Of a DNA stretch of 64,000 nucleotides, positions 26,524 through 39,446 are shown in pieces; the first letter of the stretch is position 1; every line of letters starts with the position of its first letter. The translations under genes were made by a program, and so were the position numbers. The stretch is from the human T2T-CHM13v2.0 reference genome, Homo sapiens. The DNA lies in the NCBI RefSeq assembly GCF_009914755.1, contig NC_060929.1. The stretch is one strand, 5' to 3'. Below the pieces are notes generated by a model. That model saw only the letters and a list, made by a program, of their open reading frames with translations. It was not told the origin of the DNA and made no database searches.

Positions 26524-29500
26524 TGTACTTTTAGTAGAGATGGGATTTCACCATGTTGGCCAGGCTGGTCTCAAACTCCTGACCTCAAATTATCCACCTG
26601 CCTTGGCCTCCCAAAGTGCTGGGATTACAGGCTAAATAAAGACTCTTCCCCGTTGCTTTTGTTAGGTTTGTAAAAGATCAGATGGTTGTAGGTGTGCTGT
26701 CTTATTTCTGAGTTCTCTATTATGTTCAACTGGTCTATTTGTCTGTTTTTGTACCAGTACCATGCTGTTTTGGTTACTGTATCCTTGTAGTATAGTTTGA
26801 AGTTGAAGTAGTGTGATGCTTCCAGCTTTGTTTTATTTTTGCTTAGGATTGTCTTGGCTATATGGGCACTTTTTTGGTACCATATTAATTTGAAAATAGT
26901 TTTCTCTAATTCTGTGAAGAATGCCAATGGTAGTTTAGCGGGAATAGCATTGAAAATATACATTACTTTGGCAATGTGGCCATTTTCACAATATTGATTC
27001 TTCCTATCGATGAGTATAGAATGTTTTTTTCCATCTGTTAGTGTCCTCTCTTATTTCCTTGAGCAGTGGTTTGTACTTCTCTTTGAAGACGTCCTTCACT
27101 TCCTTTGTTAGCTGTATTCCTAGGTATTTTATTTTCTTTGTAGCAATTGTGGATGGGAGTTCATATGTGATTTGCCTCTCTGCCTGTTGTTGGTGCATAG
27201 AAATGCTAGGGATTTAAGCACATTGATTTTGTATCCTGAGGCTTTTCTGAAGTGGCTTATCAGGCAAAGAAGCTTTTGGGCTGAGACAATGGGGTTTTCT
27301 AGATACAGGATCATGTCATCTGCAAACACAGATAATTTGACTTCCTCTCTTCCTGTGTGAATACTCTTTATTATTTTCTTGCCTGATTGCCTTGGCCAGA
27401 ACTTCCAACACTATGTTGAATAGGAGTGTTGAGAGAGGACAGCCTTGTCTTGTGCTGTTTTCAAGGAGAATGCTTCCAGCTTTTGCCCATATAGAATGAT
27501 ATCGGCTGCAGGTTTGTTATATATGGCTATTATTGTTTTAGGTGTGTTCCTTCAATACTTAGTTTATTGAGAGTTTTTAACAATAAAGCGATGTTAAATC
27601 TTGTCAAAGGCCTTTTCCGCATCTGTTGATCGCGTGGTTGTTATCTTTAGTTCTCTTTATGTGATGAATTACATTTATTGATTTGTGTATGTTGAACCAA
27701 CCTTGCATCCTTGGGATGGCACCAACTTGATTGTGGTGGATAAGCTTTTTGATGTGCTGCTGTATTCGGTTTGCCAGTATTTTATTGAGGATCTTTGCAT
27801 CACTGTTCATCAGGGATATTGGCCTGAGGTTTTCTTTTTTTTGTTGTATCTCTGTTGTATCTCTGGTATGAGGATGATGCTGGTCTCATAAAATGAGTAG
27901 GGAGGTGTCTCTCCTTTTCAGCTGTTTGGAATAGTGTCAGTAGAAGTGGTACCAGCTCTTCTTTGTACCTCTGGTAGAATTCAGCTGTGAATCCATCTGG
28001 TCCTGGGGTTTTTTTGGTTGGTAGGCTACTTATTACTGCCTCAATTTCTGAACTTGTTATTGGTCTATTCAGGGATTCAGTTTCTTCCTGGTTTAGTTTT
28101 GGGAGGTGTATTTGTCCAGAAATGTATCTATATCTTCCAGATTTTCTAGTTTATGTGCATAGAGGTATTTATAGTATTCTTTAATGATTGTTTGTATTTC
28201 TGTGGGGTCAGTGGCAATATCCTCCTTATCATTTTTTATTGTGTCTGTTTGATTTTTCTCTCTGTTCTTCTTTATTAGTCTAGCTAGTGGCCTGTCTCTT
28301 TTATTAATTTTCTCAAAAAAGCAGCTCCTGGATTTGTTGATTTTTTTTAAAAGGGTTTTTTGTGTCTCTATTTGCTTCAATTCATCTCTGATCTTGCTTA
28401 CTTCTTGTCTTCTGGTAGTTTTGGGATCTGTTCCACCTTGGTTTCCTCATTCTTTTTGTAGTGATATTAGGTCGTTGATTTGAGATTCTTTCTAGCTTTT
28501 TGATGTGGGCCTTTAGTGCTATAAATTTCCTTCTTAAAACTGCTTTAGCTGCATCCCAGAGATTCTAGTATGTTGTCTCTTGTCATTGGTTCCAAAGAAC
28601 TTCCTGATATCTGCCTAAATTTCATTATTTACCCAGGAGTCATTCAGGAGCAGATGTTCAATGTCTATGTAGTTGTGTAGTTTTTAGTGAGTTTATTAAT
28701 CTTAAGTCCTAATTTGATTGCACTGTAGCCTCAGAGACTGTTTGTTATGATTTCAGTTCTTTTTCATCTGCTTAGGAGTGTTTTACTTCCTATTATGTGA
28801 TCAATTTTAGCGTAAGCGCCATGTGGCAATGAGAAAAATGTATATTCTCCTGTTTTTGGGTAGAGAGTTCTGTAGATATGTATGGTTCACTTGATCCAGA
28901 GCTGAGTCCATGTCCTGAATATCTTTGTCTGCACTATTATCATGTGGGAATCTATCTCTTTATAGATCTTTAAGAACTTGCTTTATGAATGTGGGTGCTC
29001 CTGTATTGGGTGCATATATATTTAGGATAGTTAGCTCTTCTTGTTGAATTGAACCCTTTACCATTATGTAATGCCTTTATTTGTCTTTTTTATTTTTGTT
29101 TGTTTAATGTCTGTTTTGTCAGAAATTAGGATTTCAGCTCCTGCTTTTTTCTGTTTTCCATTTGCATGGTAAATTTTCCTCCACCTCTTTATTTTGAGCC
29201 TATGTATATCTTCACACACCTGAGATGGGTCTCTTGAAGACATACCAATGGAGCTTGACTCTTTATCCAGCTTGCCATTCTGTGTTTTTTAATTGGGGGC
29301 ATTTAGCCCGTTTACATTTAAGGTTAATGTTGTTATATGTGAATTTGATCCTGTTATCATGATGTCAGCTGGTTATTTTGCAGACTTGTTTATGTGGTTG
29401 ATTCATAGGGTCACTGGTCTGTGTACTTCAGTGAGTTTTTGTGGTGGGTGGTAATGGTTTTTCCTTCCCGTATTTAGTGCTTCCTTCAGGAGCTCTTGCA

Positions 29501-31815
29501 GGACAGAACTGGTGGTGACGTATTCCCTCAGCATTTGCTTGTCTGAAAAGGATTTTATTTCTCCTACGTTTATGAAGTTTAGTTTTGCCAGATGTGAAAT
29601 TCTGGGTTGGAAATTCTTTTCTTCAAGATGTTGAGCATTGGTCCCCCATCTCTTCAGCTTGTAGGGTTTCTGCTGAGAGGTCCCATGTTAGTCTGATGGG
29701 CTTCATTTTATAGATGACTTGGCTTTTCTCTCTGGCCCTTAACATTTTTTTCTTTCATTTCAACCTTGGAAAATCTGATGATTATATGTGTTGGGTTTGA
29801 TCTTCTCATGGGGTATGATACTGGGGTTCTCTGGATTTTCTGAATTTGAATGTTGGCCTGTCTTGCTAGGTTGGGAAAGTTCTCCTGGATGATATCTTGA
29901 AGTATGTTTTCCAACTTGGTTCCAATCTCCTCATCTCTTTCAGGTAAGCCTAATCAGTCATAGGTTCAGTCTTTTTTTCATAATCCCATGTTTCTTAGAA
30001 GTTTTGTTTGTTTCTTTTCATTCTCTTTTCTCTATTCTTGTCTGCCTGTCTTATTTCAGAAAGATAGCCTTCAAGCTCTGAGATTCTTTCCTCTGCTTGG
30101 TCTATTCTGCCACTGATACTTGTAATTACATTGTGAAGTTCTCATGTTTTATTTTTCAGTTCCATCAGGTCAGTTATATTCCTCTCTAAACTGGCTATTC
30201 TGGTTATCAGCTCTTGTATTGTTTTATTATGATCCTTAGCTTCTTTGCAATGGGTTTAAATATGCTGCTTTAGCCCAGTGAAGTTTGTTATTACCCACTT
30301 TCTGAAGGCTACTTCTGTCAATTCAGCTACCTCAACCTCAGCCCAGTTCTGTGTCTTTGCTGGAGACACATTGTGGTCATTTGGAGGAGAAGAGGCACTC
30401 TGGCTTTTTGAGTTTCCAGTGTTTTTGCATTGATTCTATCTCATGTTTGTGGGCTTATCTACCTTCAATCTTTGAGGCTGCTGACCTTTGGATGGTTTTT
30501 TTTGTGGGGTCTTTTTCGTTAGTGTTGTTGTTGTTGCTTTCTATTTTTTTTTTTTCTTTTAACAGTCAGTCCACTCTTCCACAGGGTTGCTGCAGTTTGC
30601 TGGGGGTCCACCCCAGACCTCAGTTGCCTTGGTACCTCCTGCACCTGGAGGTATCAGCAGTGAAGGCTGTAAAACAGCAAAGATAGCAGCCTGTTCCTTC
30701 CTCTGGGAGCTTTGTCCCAGGGGGCACTGACCTGATGCCAGCTCGAATGCTCCTATTTGTGTCTGGAGATGTCTTCTGGGAGGAACAGAATCAGGGACAT
30801 ACTTAAAGAAGCATTCTGACTGCTCCTTGGCAGAGCAGGTGTGCTACACTTGGCGGAACCCCTCTTGTCCAGACTGCCTAGACTCTCCAGAGCCAGCAGG
30901 CTGGTAAGTCAACTGAACCACAGAGACAGTGGCTACCTCTCCACCTGGGAAGCTCAATCCCAGGGAGAGATCACAGTTTTGTTCATAAAACGCTAGCTGG
31001 AGTTGCTGAAATTCCCACAGAAAGGGCCTGTCCAGTGAGGAGGGACGGATCAGGTTCCCACTTAAACAAGCAATCTTGCCACAGCTTGGCACAGCACCCA
31101 TTCTGCATTGTGAGAAACTCCTCCTGGTATGGGCCACCTGGACTCCCTGGAGCTAGCAGGCTAGAATGGCTGACTTGAACCACAGAGATGGCAGTCACCC
31201 ACCCTCTAGGAACTCAGTGCATCTCAGGCAGTCTCCAGCCTGCTGCCACTGGCTGACTAAAATTCCAAGCCAGTGAGTCTTAACTGTAGAGGTGCCATGG
31301 GAATGGGACCTGCAGAATGATGCCACATGGTTCACTGGATTCAGTCTCCTTCCTAGGGGAATGCATGGACAGATTTCCCACCTTGCTGGAATTCCCAGGG
31401 CCAGAGTATGCAAATTCCTGGGTCTCTGTGCATGTCTGAGCTGCTCTGCCAAGACACCACACAGCTCTATGCTTTGGACCTAAGGCCCTGCTGGTGTGGG
31501 CTCATGAGGGGATTTCCTGACCCATGGGTGGCAAAGATCCATGGGAAAAGTGTAGTTTCCCAGGTTGGGTTGCACAATCACTTACCACCTCCCTTGACTG
31601 GAGGTGGGGGCTCCCCTGGCTCTGTGCCACTCCCAGGTCAGCTGTCGCTCCACCCTGCTTTTCCTCACTCTCCATGGGTTGAGCCATCCACCTCTTCAGT
31701 CCCAATGCAAGAATCTGGATACCTCAGTTGAAGATGCATAATTCACTTTCCATTTTCATTCCTCTCTGTGAGAGCTGTGGACCACAGCTGCTTCTAATAG
31801 GCCATCTTGGACCCA
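25047..31815 (-). mobile_element. Near full-length decayed L1 (L1PA13-16-like): 5'UTR, ORF1, ORF2, 3'UTR
   Basis: T-rich tail at ~25047; 3'UTR GTGTCATGGGGGTTTGTTGTACAGATTATT; RT motif [12 protein letters not shown] (27129-27329); [18 protein letters not shown]; ORF1 ENILQDIIQENFPNLARQ; GC-richer 5'UTR ending GGCCATCTTGG at ~31810. Confidence 0.96.
26321..26631 (-). mobile_element. Alu (S/J), slightly 5'-truncated, inserted in L1 ORF2
   Basis: Antisense dimeric Alu; degenerate TSD CTAAATAGGGAATC (26307-26320) / CTAAATAAAGACTC (26632-26645); central linker is a 29 nt T run. Confidence 0.96.
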
Positions 31816-31817
31816 TC

Positions 31818-33810
31818 CAAGTCTATGTCTCTTTGAAGGTCTCTACAAACTTGCTTTATGAATTTGAGTGCTCCTGTGTTGGATGCTTATATATTTAGGA
31901 CAGTTAGATCTTCTTGCTGAGTTGAGCTTTTTACCATTATGTAATGCCCTTTTTTGTCTTTTTTTTTTTTCTAATCTTTGTTGGTTTAAAGTCTGTTTTT
32001 TTTTTTTTCCTGAAATTAGAATAGCAAACCCTGCTTTTTTCTTCTTTCCATTTGCTTGGTAGATTCATCTCCAACTCTTTACTTTGAACCTATCATTGTC
32101 ATTATGTGTGAGATGAGTCTCTTGAAGACAGCATATAGTTGGGTCTTGGATCTTTATCCAGCTTGCCACTCTGTGCCTTTTAATTGAGGCATTTAGTACC
32201 TTTATGTTCAAGGCTAGTATTGATATGTGTGGATTTGATCCTGTCATCATAATGTTAGCTGATTATTATGCAGGGTTTTTTGTGTGGTTGCTTTACAGTG
32301 TAACTGATCTGTGTACTTCAGTGTGTTTTTGTAGTGGCTGGTGATGGTCTTTCCTTTCGATATTTAGTGCTTCCTTCAGGAGCTTGCAAGGCAAACCTGG
32401 TGGTAATGAATTCCCTCAGCATTTGCTTGTATGAAAAGGAACTTATTTCTCCTTTGTTTCTGAAGCATAATTTGGCCAGATATGAAATTCTGGGTTGGAT
32501 TTTTTTAAAGAATGTTGAATGTTGGCCCCAAATCTCTTCTGGCTTGTAAGGTTTCAGCTGGGAGGTCTACTGTTAGTCTGATGGGCTTCCCTTTGTAGGT
32601 GACCTGATATTTCTCTCTAGCTGCCTTTAAATATTTTTTCTTTCATTTCAACCCTGGAGAATCTGATTTTGTGTCTTGGGGATGATCTTCTTATAAAGTA
32701 TCTTACTGGGGTTCTCTGCATTTCTTGAATTTGAATGTTGGCCTCTATAGCTAAGTTGGGGAAGTTCTCATGGTTGATATCCTGAAATGTGATTTCCAAG
32801 TTGCTTACACTCTCCCCATCTCTTTCTGGGAAATCGATGAGACATTAAGTTGTTCTCTCTATGTAATCCCATATTTCTCAGAGGTTTTGTTTGTTCATTT
32901 TTAGTCTTTTTTTTTCTGTATTCTTGTCAGATTGTCTTACTTCAGAAAGCCAGTCTTCAAGCTCTGAGGTTCTTTCCTCAGCTTGGTCTATTTTGCTATT
33001 AATACTTGTGATTGCATTGTGAAATTTTTGTAGTGTGTTTTTCAGCTCTATCAGGTTGGTTATGTTCTTTTCTTTACTGATTATCTTGTCTGTCAGCCCC
33101 TGTATCATTTTATTGTGATTCTTAACTTCACTTCATAAGGTAATTCTTGATCTCAACGATCTTGGATTCTATCCCTGTTCTGAATTTCATTTCTGTTCAT
33201 TCAAGCATCTCAGCCCAGTTCAGAACCCTTGCTGGAGAGGTAGTGTGGTAATTTGGACTAAAGAAGGCACTCTGGCTTTCTGAGTTATTAGAGTTCTTGC
33301 CCTACTTCTTTTTCATCTTTGTGGGCTAATTTTCTTCAATCTTTGAAGTTGCTGACCTTTGGATGGGCTTTTTTTCTTTTATCTTATTTGATGACCTTGA
33401 GGGTTTGATTGTGGTATAAGGTGGGTTCAGTCAACTGGCTTCATTACTGGAAGTTTTTAAAGGACCAAGGCTCAGCTCAGGACTCCTGGACTTCATACTG
33501 TAAATCTAGGGGACTTGTATCAGGCCCCAACTTTGTTCTCTGACTCCTTGAGGTTAGAAATCCACTGCACTGCGGAGATTGAGGTGTTCCTTGACTGCTG
33601 GTCAGTACACTCCAGTGGGTGCTACCAGCCAAAGTATTTTGTAGTGGGGTGGTAGTGGGATCCATCCTTATTTGCATGTACTAGCAGCAGCAGCAGCTTG
33701 GTGGGGTGCAAGCTTGTTGGCTGCAGCAGGGTGCTAGTGGGTACTGGGGTGCCTGTCTCCATGAAGGCATTTACAACAGCAGCAGAGGCAGCAGAGTTCA
33801 AGGAGTGGGG
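31818..33810 (-). mobile_element. Second, different L1 fragment (L1PB/old L1PA-like): partial 5'UTR, ORF1, ORF2 endonuclease start
   Basis: ORF2 N-terminus MTGSNPHISILALN...CCLQETHL (32065-32250); ORF1 coiled coil ELKNTLQKFHNAITSINSKIDQAEERTSELED; 5'UTR differs from the upstream L1. Confidence 0.92.
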
Positions 33811-35319
33811 GATAAAAATTGTTTGTTTAGGTCATTTACCCACATGTGTATGTTAGAATCTTAGTATTTTAGTTAGGTAAGCCTTTCTCTTAGGTACCAA
33901 ATGGCACAGCTAGTGTATGTAAGAAAGTGATCTGCACATATTTTCAAGTCAGTTGTTTGTATTACACCCAGGAATGCTCTGCTCTTTTCTGACTTTATTT
34001 CAAATTTCTTTGTGGTTTTATAGCAGTTGAGAGATTTAGAATGAGCATAAAGTTGATTTTGTCCCGTTAAAAGACTGTTTTTAAGATCTGATCATTTTAA
34101 ATCCAACTAGCAGATGCTGTGGGTCATCAATTGAATCATATTGTAACTAATTCTAACTTGTTTTTTAATCAGCTGACAACTGTTTTTCATGTAAGCACTG
34201 AAATGAGACACATATAAGGCAATTTTTCAGCAGAGGGAAAAAAATCCAAACAGCTTTTGCTCCCTTGAGAAATACTACAGAGGGATCTGGTAAAACGGAA
34301 GGAAGCTTGTGGCTAAAATTTCTCCAGAGACATTAGAAATGAAATGGCCACTTCAGTCAGAGTCTCCATTTGCTACAGGAGTATAGACTGAAGCCTTTCT
34401 TCACTTAATTTTCTGGACTGGATTATTTATAAGCCATGTTCCCACTTTAAAAGAATAGCACATATGCCATGGGTAAGAGGTGGGAATGTGAAATGTACTT
34501 GCTTCTCAAAGGAAATCAAACTTAGCTTAATTTTGGGGGGATGGTTCAAAAAGTTGCTTTTTCATTCATTTATTTATTTGCTTAATTCGTATTTATTGAG
34601 CTCTGTGTTTAAGGCATCAAGCTAGTTGCAAGGGGGATACATAAACAAATTGCACCCCATCCCACCTCACAAAAGTGTGTGGTTGATTAGGAATGCTGTA
34701 ACACATTGTTAAATGGACATAATCCAAGAAGAATGTGATCAATGACATAAGAGAGGTTCAACTAAAGTGCCATGGATGTTCAATGTGGGAAAGAGCATCC
34801 AAATAATCCTACCTTGATCAGACTTTGAAACTGCTGCTCAGTGTTCTGTTTCTTCTGGCCTGTGCAGATAGAGCAGCTGCACTGCAAATAACAGAGCTTC
34901 CTGAGAGCCCAGTTCAGGACTGCCTTTTTAGTCCCCCAGGGAATTCTTTCACAATTTACCTGGACAATTGCTATTTTGGGCCTATGCAGTATAGTTTTTT
35001 CTTTAGATAGCACTCTAATTTCCATTTGGAGTACTACTTCTTTCTCTTTGGGACTAGTCTTATGGTACAGAAACTGGAGTCCTGTCTTCTTAAACCAAAT
35101 TTGCACGTGATTAAAGCTAGATAAACCTCTGGTCCCAAGCTATAAGTTGAATCTGGAGCAAAATGACAGAGTTTGTCTTCACTGGGTTGTTCCTGCAGTT
35201 CCTATTTCTTGGTTTGCTTCCTGTTCATTTTGGAGTTTGGTTCTCCAACTTCCCTGAGGCAAGATATTTTTCAAAATCTTTACTGTATGGAGGTTAGTCA
35301 GAGTTGGGTTTTGGATGCT

Positions 35320-35860
<541 letters not shown>

Positions 35861-36282
35861 ATTGGGCTTGAGTTCTGATTGTAGGGGATGAACACTTGCC
35901 ATGTTAATTAAACATATGGCAGTGCCATGTTCTTTTGGCATGGTATGGGATTGGTGGAGAAGGCGTGAGACCCTGAGAAATTGAATGGTGTTAGATATGA
36001 ACAAGGCTGAGAAATTTTTACTTCTGAATTCCCTTGAACCTGTCTTGATAGGAAAGGAGCCTGTTCCTGCTTCTTTTCCCTGTTAGGAAACTAGCTCTCC
36101 TCTGCTTAAAGCCTCTCAATGACTGCTTGAGACTGTTGCTGCAGTTGCCTCGGAAGTTGACAAAGTATTTAGTATACACCCCCATCACATGTTCTCATGG
36201 CTCATGAAGAGAGTCAGATCCCAACATTGCCCAGGACTGCTCCAGTAGGAGGTATCTTATGGGCTACAAGAGTAAATGACCT

Positions 36283-36545
36283 CGTAAAATGAGTTCGGAA
36301 GTGTTCCCTCTTCTTTTTTTGGGAAAAATTTAAGAAGAATTTGTGTTAATTCTTCTTTAAATGTTTGGTAGAATTCACCAATGAAGTCATCTGATCCTGG
36401 ACTTTTCTTTGCTGAATGGTTTTTGATTACTAACTCAATCTCTTTATTCGTTGTTGGTCTGTTTAGATTTTCCATTTCTTCATGGTTCAGTCTTTGTAGA
36501 TGTATGTTTTAGGAATTTACTCATTCCTTCTAATATTCATAGTAG
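36283..36545 (-). mobile_element. Inverted 5' segment of a twin-primed L1
   Basis: Minus frame [17 protein letters not shown]...[21 protein letters not shown]...TLPNSFYE (L1 ORF2), abutting the left TSD. Confidence 0.9.
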
Positions 36546-37924
36546 TATCAGCGTTATCCTGATATAAAAGCCAGGTAAAAACATTACAAGAAACAAGAAC
36601 TGTAGGTCAATATCCTCAATGAACATAGATGAAAAAATCCTCAACAAAACACTAGAACTGAATGAAACAGCACATTAAAAGGCTCGTGCACCAAGACCAC
36701 ATAGGATTTACCCCTGGGATGCAAGGATGGCCCAACATACACAAATCAATTAATGTGATATGCCACATTGACAGAATGAACAAAAATCACACGATTATCT
36801 CAATAGATGCAGAAAAAAGCATTTGATTCAATCCAACACCCTTTCATGATAAAAACTGTCAACAAACGTGGTGTGGAAGAAATTTGTCTCAATATAATGA
36901 AGGGCATATATGAAAAGCTAATATCATATTCAGCGGTGGAAAACTAAAAGGTTTTCCTGTAAGATCAGGAACAAGGCAAGGGTGCATATAGACCAATGAA
37001 ACAGACTAAACAGTCCAGAAATAAACCCATGCATGTATGGTCAACTGATCTTTGACAATGGTGCCAAGAATTCACAGTAGGGAAAGGATAGTCTCCCACA
37101 AATGGTGTTGAGAAAATCGGGTATCCATATGCAAAAGAATGAAGTTAAAGCCTTATCTTATACCATAAACAAAAAGAAATGCAAAATGAATTAAAGATTT
37201 AAGTATAAGACCAGAAAACTCCTAAAGAAAATATAGGGGAAATTTTCTTGACATTAGTCTGGGCAATGATTTCTTGGCTATGACACCAAAAGCACAGGCA
37301 AAAAGCAAAAATAAGTAAGTGAGACTACATGAATCTAAAAAGCTTCTGTACAGTAAAGGGAATAATCAACAGAGTAAAAGGTAACATTAAATGAGAGAAA
37401 ATATTTGTAAAACATATATCTGAAAAGGGGTTAATATCTGATATATATAAGGAACTCCTACAACTCAATAGTAAGAAAAACAAATAACCCAGTTAAAAAT
37501 GGGCAAATAAGTTGAACAGATATTTCTGCAAAGAAGATATATAAATGGCCGACAGGTATATGAAAAGATGTTCAACATTACTAATCATCAGGGAGATGCA
37601 AAATAAAACTACAATGAGACATCACCTCACATCTGTAAGGATGACTATTATAAAAGAAAAACAAAAGACAATTGTTGGTAAGGATGTGGAGAAACTGCAA
37701 ATTTGTATGTTGTGGGTGGGAGTGGAAAATAGGCAGTGACTGTGGAAAATAGTACTGAGGTTTTGTAAAAGTTAAAAGAATTACCACATAATCCAGCAAT
37801 CCCACTTCTGTGTATATATGTGAAAGGATTGAAATTGGGATCTTGAGTTATTTGCAGTATTATTTATAATAGTAAAGATATGGAAACAATCTGTCTATTG
37901 ATAGAAGAACGAATAAAGAAAATA

Positions 37925-38590
<666 letters not shown>

Positions 38591-38989
38591 GTAATATTCC
38601 AATATGTGTAGAATATTATTCATCCTTAAAAAAAGGAAAATCTTGCCATATGCAACATGGATAAACCCGAAGGACGTTATACTAAGTAAAATAAGCCAGT
38701 TATAGAGGAACAACAACTGCATGATTCCACTTACATAAGGTATATAAAATAGCCTCATAGAAACAGAATGGTGGTTGCCAGGGACTGAGGGGCGGCAGAA
38801 ATAACGAGCGGCTATTCAGTGGGTCTAAAGTTTCATTTACTCAAGATGTGTAAGTTCTGGAGATCTGCGGTACAACATAGTGCCTTAGTGCTTAGAGTTG
38901 ATACCGTATTGTGCAGTTTAAAGTTTGTTAAGAGGGTAGATCTCATGTTACATTTACTTACCACAATAATTTTAAAGATAGAAAAATTG

Positions 38990-39431
38990 ATTTACAAATA
39001 AACATGGTGCGTTATCAGGGAAAAGTAGTTTTAGAGAACATTATTGGGACAAGCAGCAAATTTCAAATAAGAATAGTGAATTATATAACACTATTGTATT
39101 CCACTTGGATCTTCTGATTTTGATAATTTTATGGTGGTTACAGAAGTGAATGTCCTTGTTCTTGGAAAATACATTTTCAAGTATTTGGGGGTAACAGTGA
39201 ATGATGGCTGTAATTTACTCTTAATTGACAAGTAATTCAGTAAAAAAAGTGTATAAGGATGTGTGCATATAGAGAAAGAGAAACATAAACTCCAATATAC
39301 TCTTTACCCAGATTCAATAAGTACTAACGTTTGCCTTGTCATTTATACCTTTCATGCAATTTTAAATATATGCAACTGTATTTTTGAAATTGTATTAAAA
39401 TAAAAAGCTAAAGAAGCACAATTCTTAAAAA
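38990..39431 (+). mobile_element. Older L1MC/ME-like 3'UTR fragment inside the L1 TSDs (probable 3' transduction)
   Basis: ACATTATTGGGACAA...TGATTTTGATAAT...GAATGTCCTTGTTCTTGGAAAATACA; AATAAA at 39399-39404, A run from 39427, then the TSD. Confidence 0.65.
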
Positions 39432-39446
39432 AAGAGTAAATGACCT

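Noticed and set aside
27842-27866. Short tandem microduplications (GTTGTATCTCT x2; also ~671, ~1001, ~43212)
   Set aside because: Ordinary slippage mutations with no further implication.
25047-33810. L1 ORF1/ORF2 peptide fragments as functional CDS
   Set aside because: Numerous stops, frameshifts, deletions and an Alu insertion; retrotransposition-dead.
34825-35010. 61 aa ORF resembling a signal-peptide protein (MKLLLSVLFLLACA...)
   Set aside because: The start is TTG rather than ATG, the ORF is short, and I recognise no family or promoter/splice support; likely chance.
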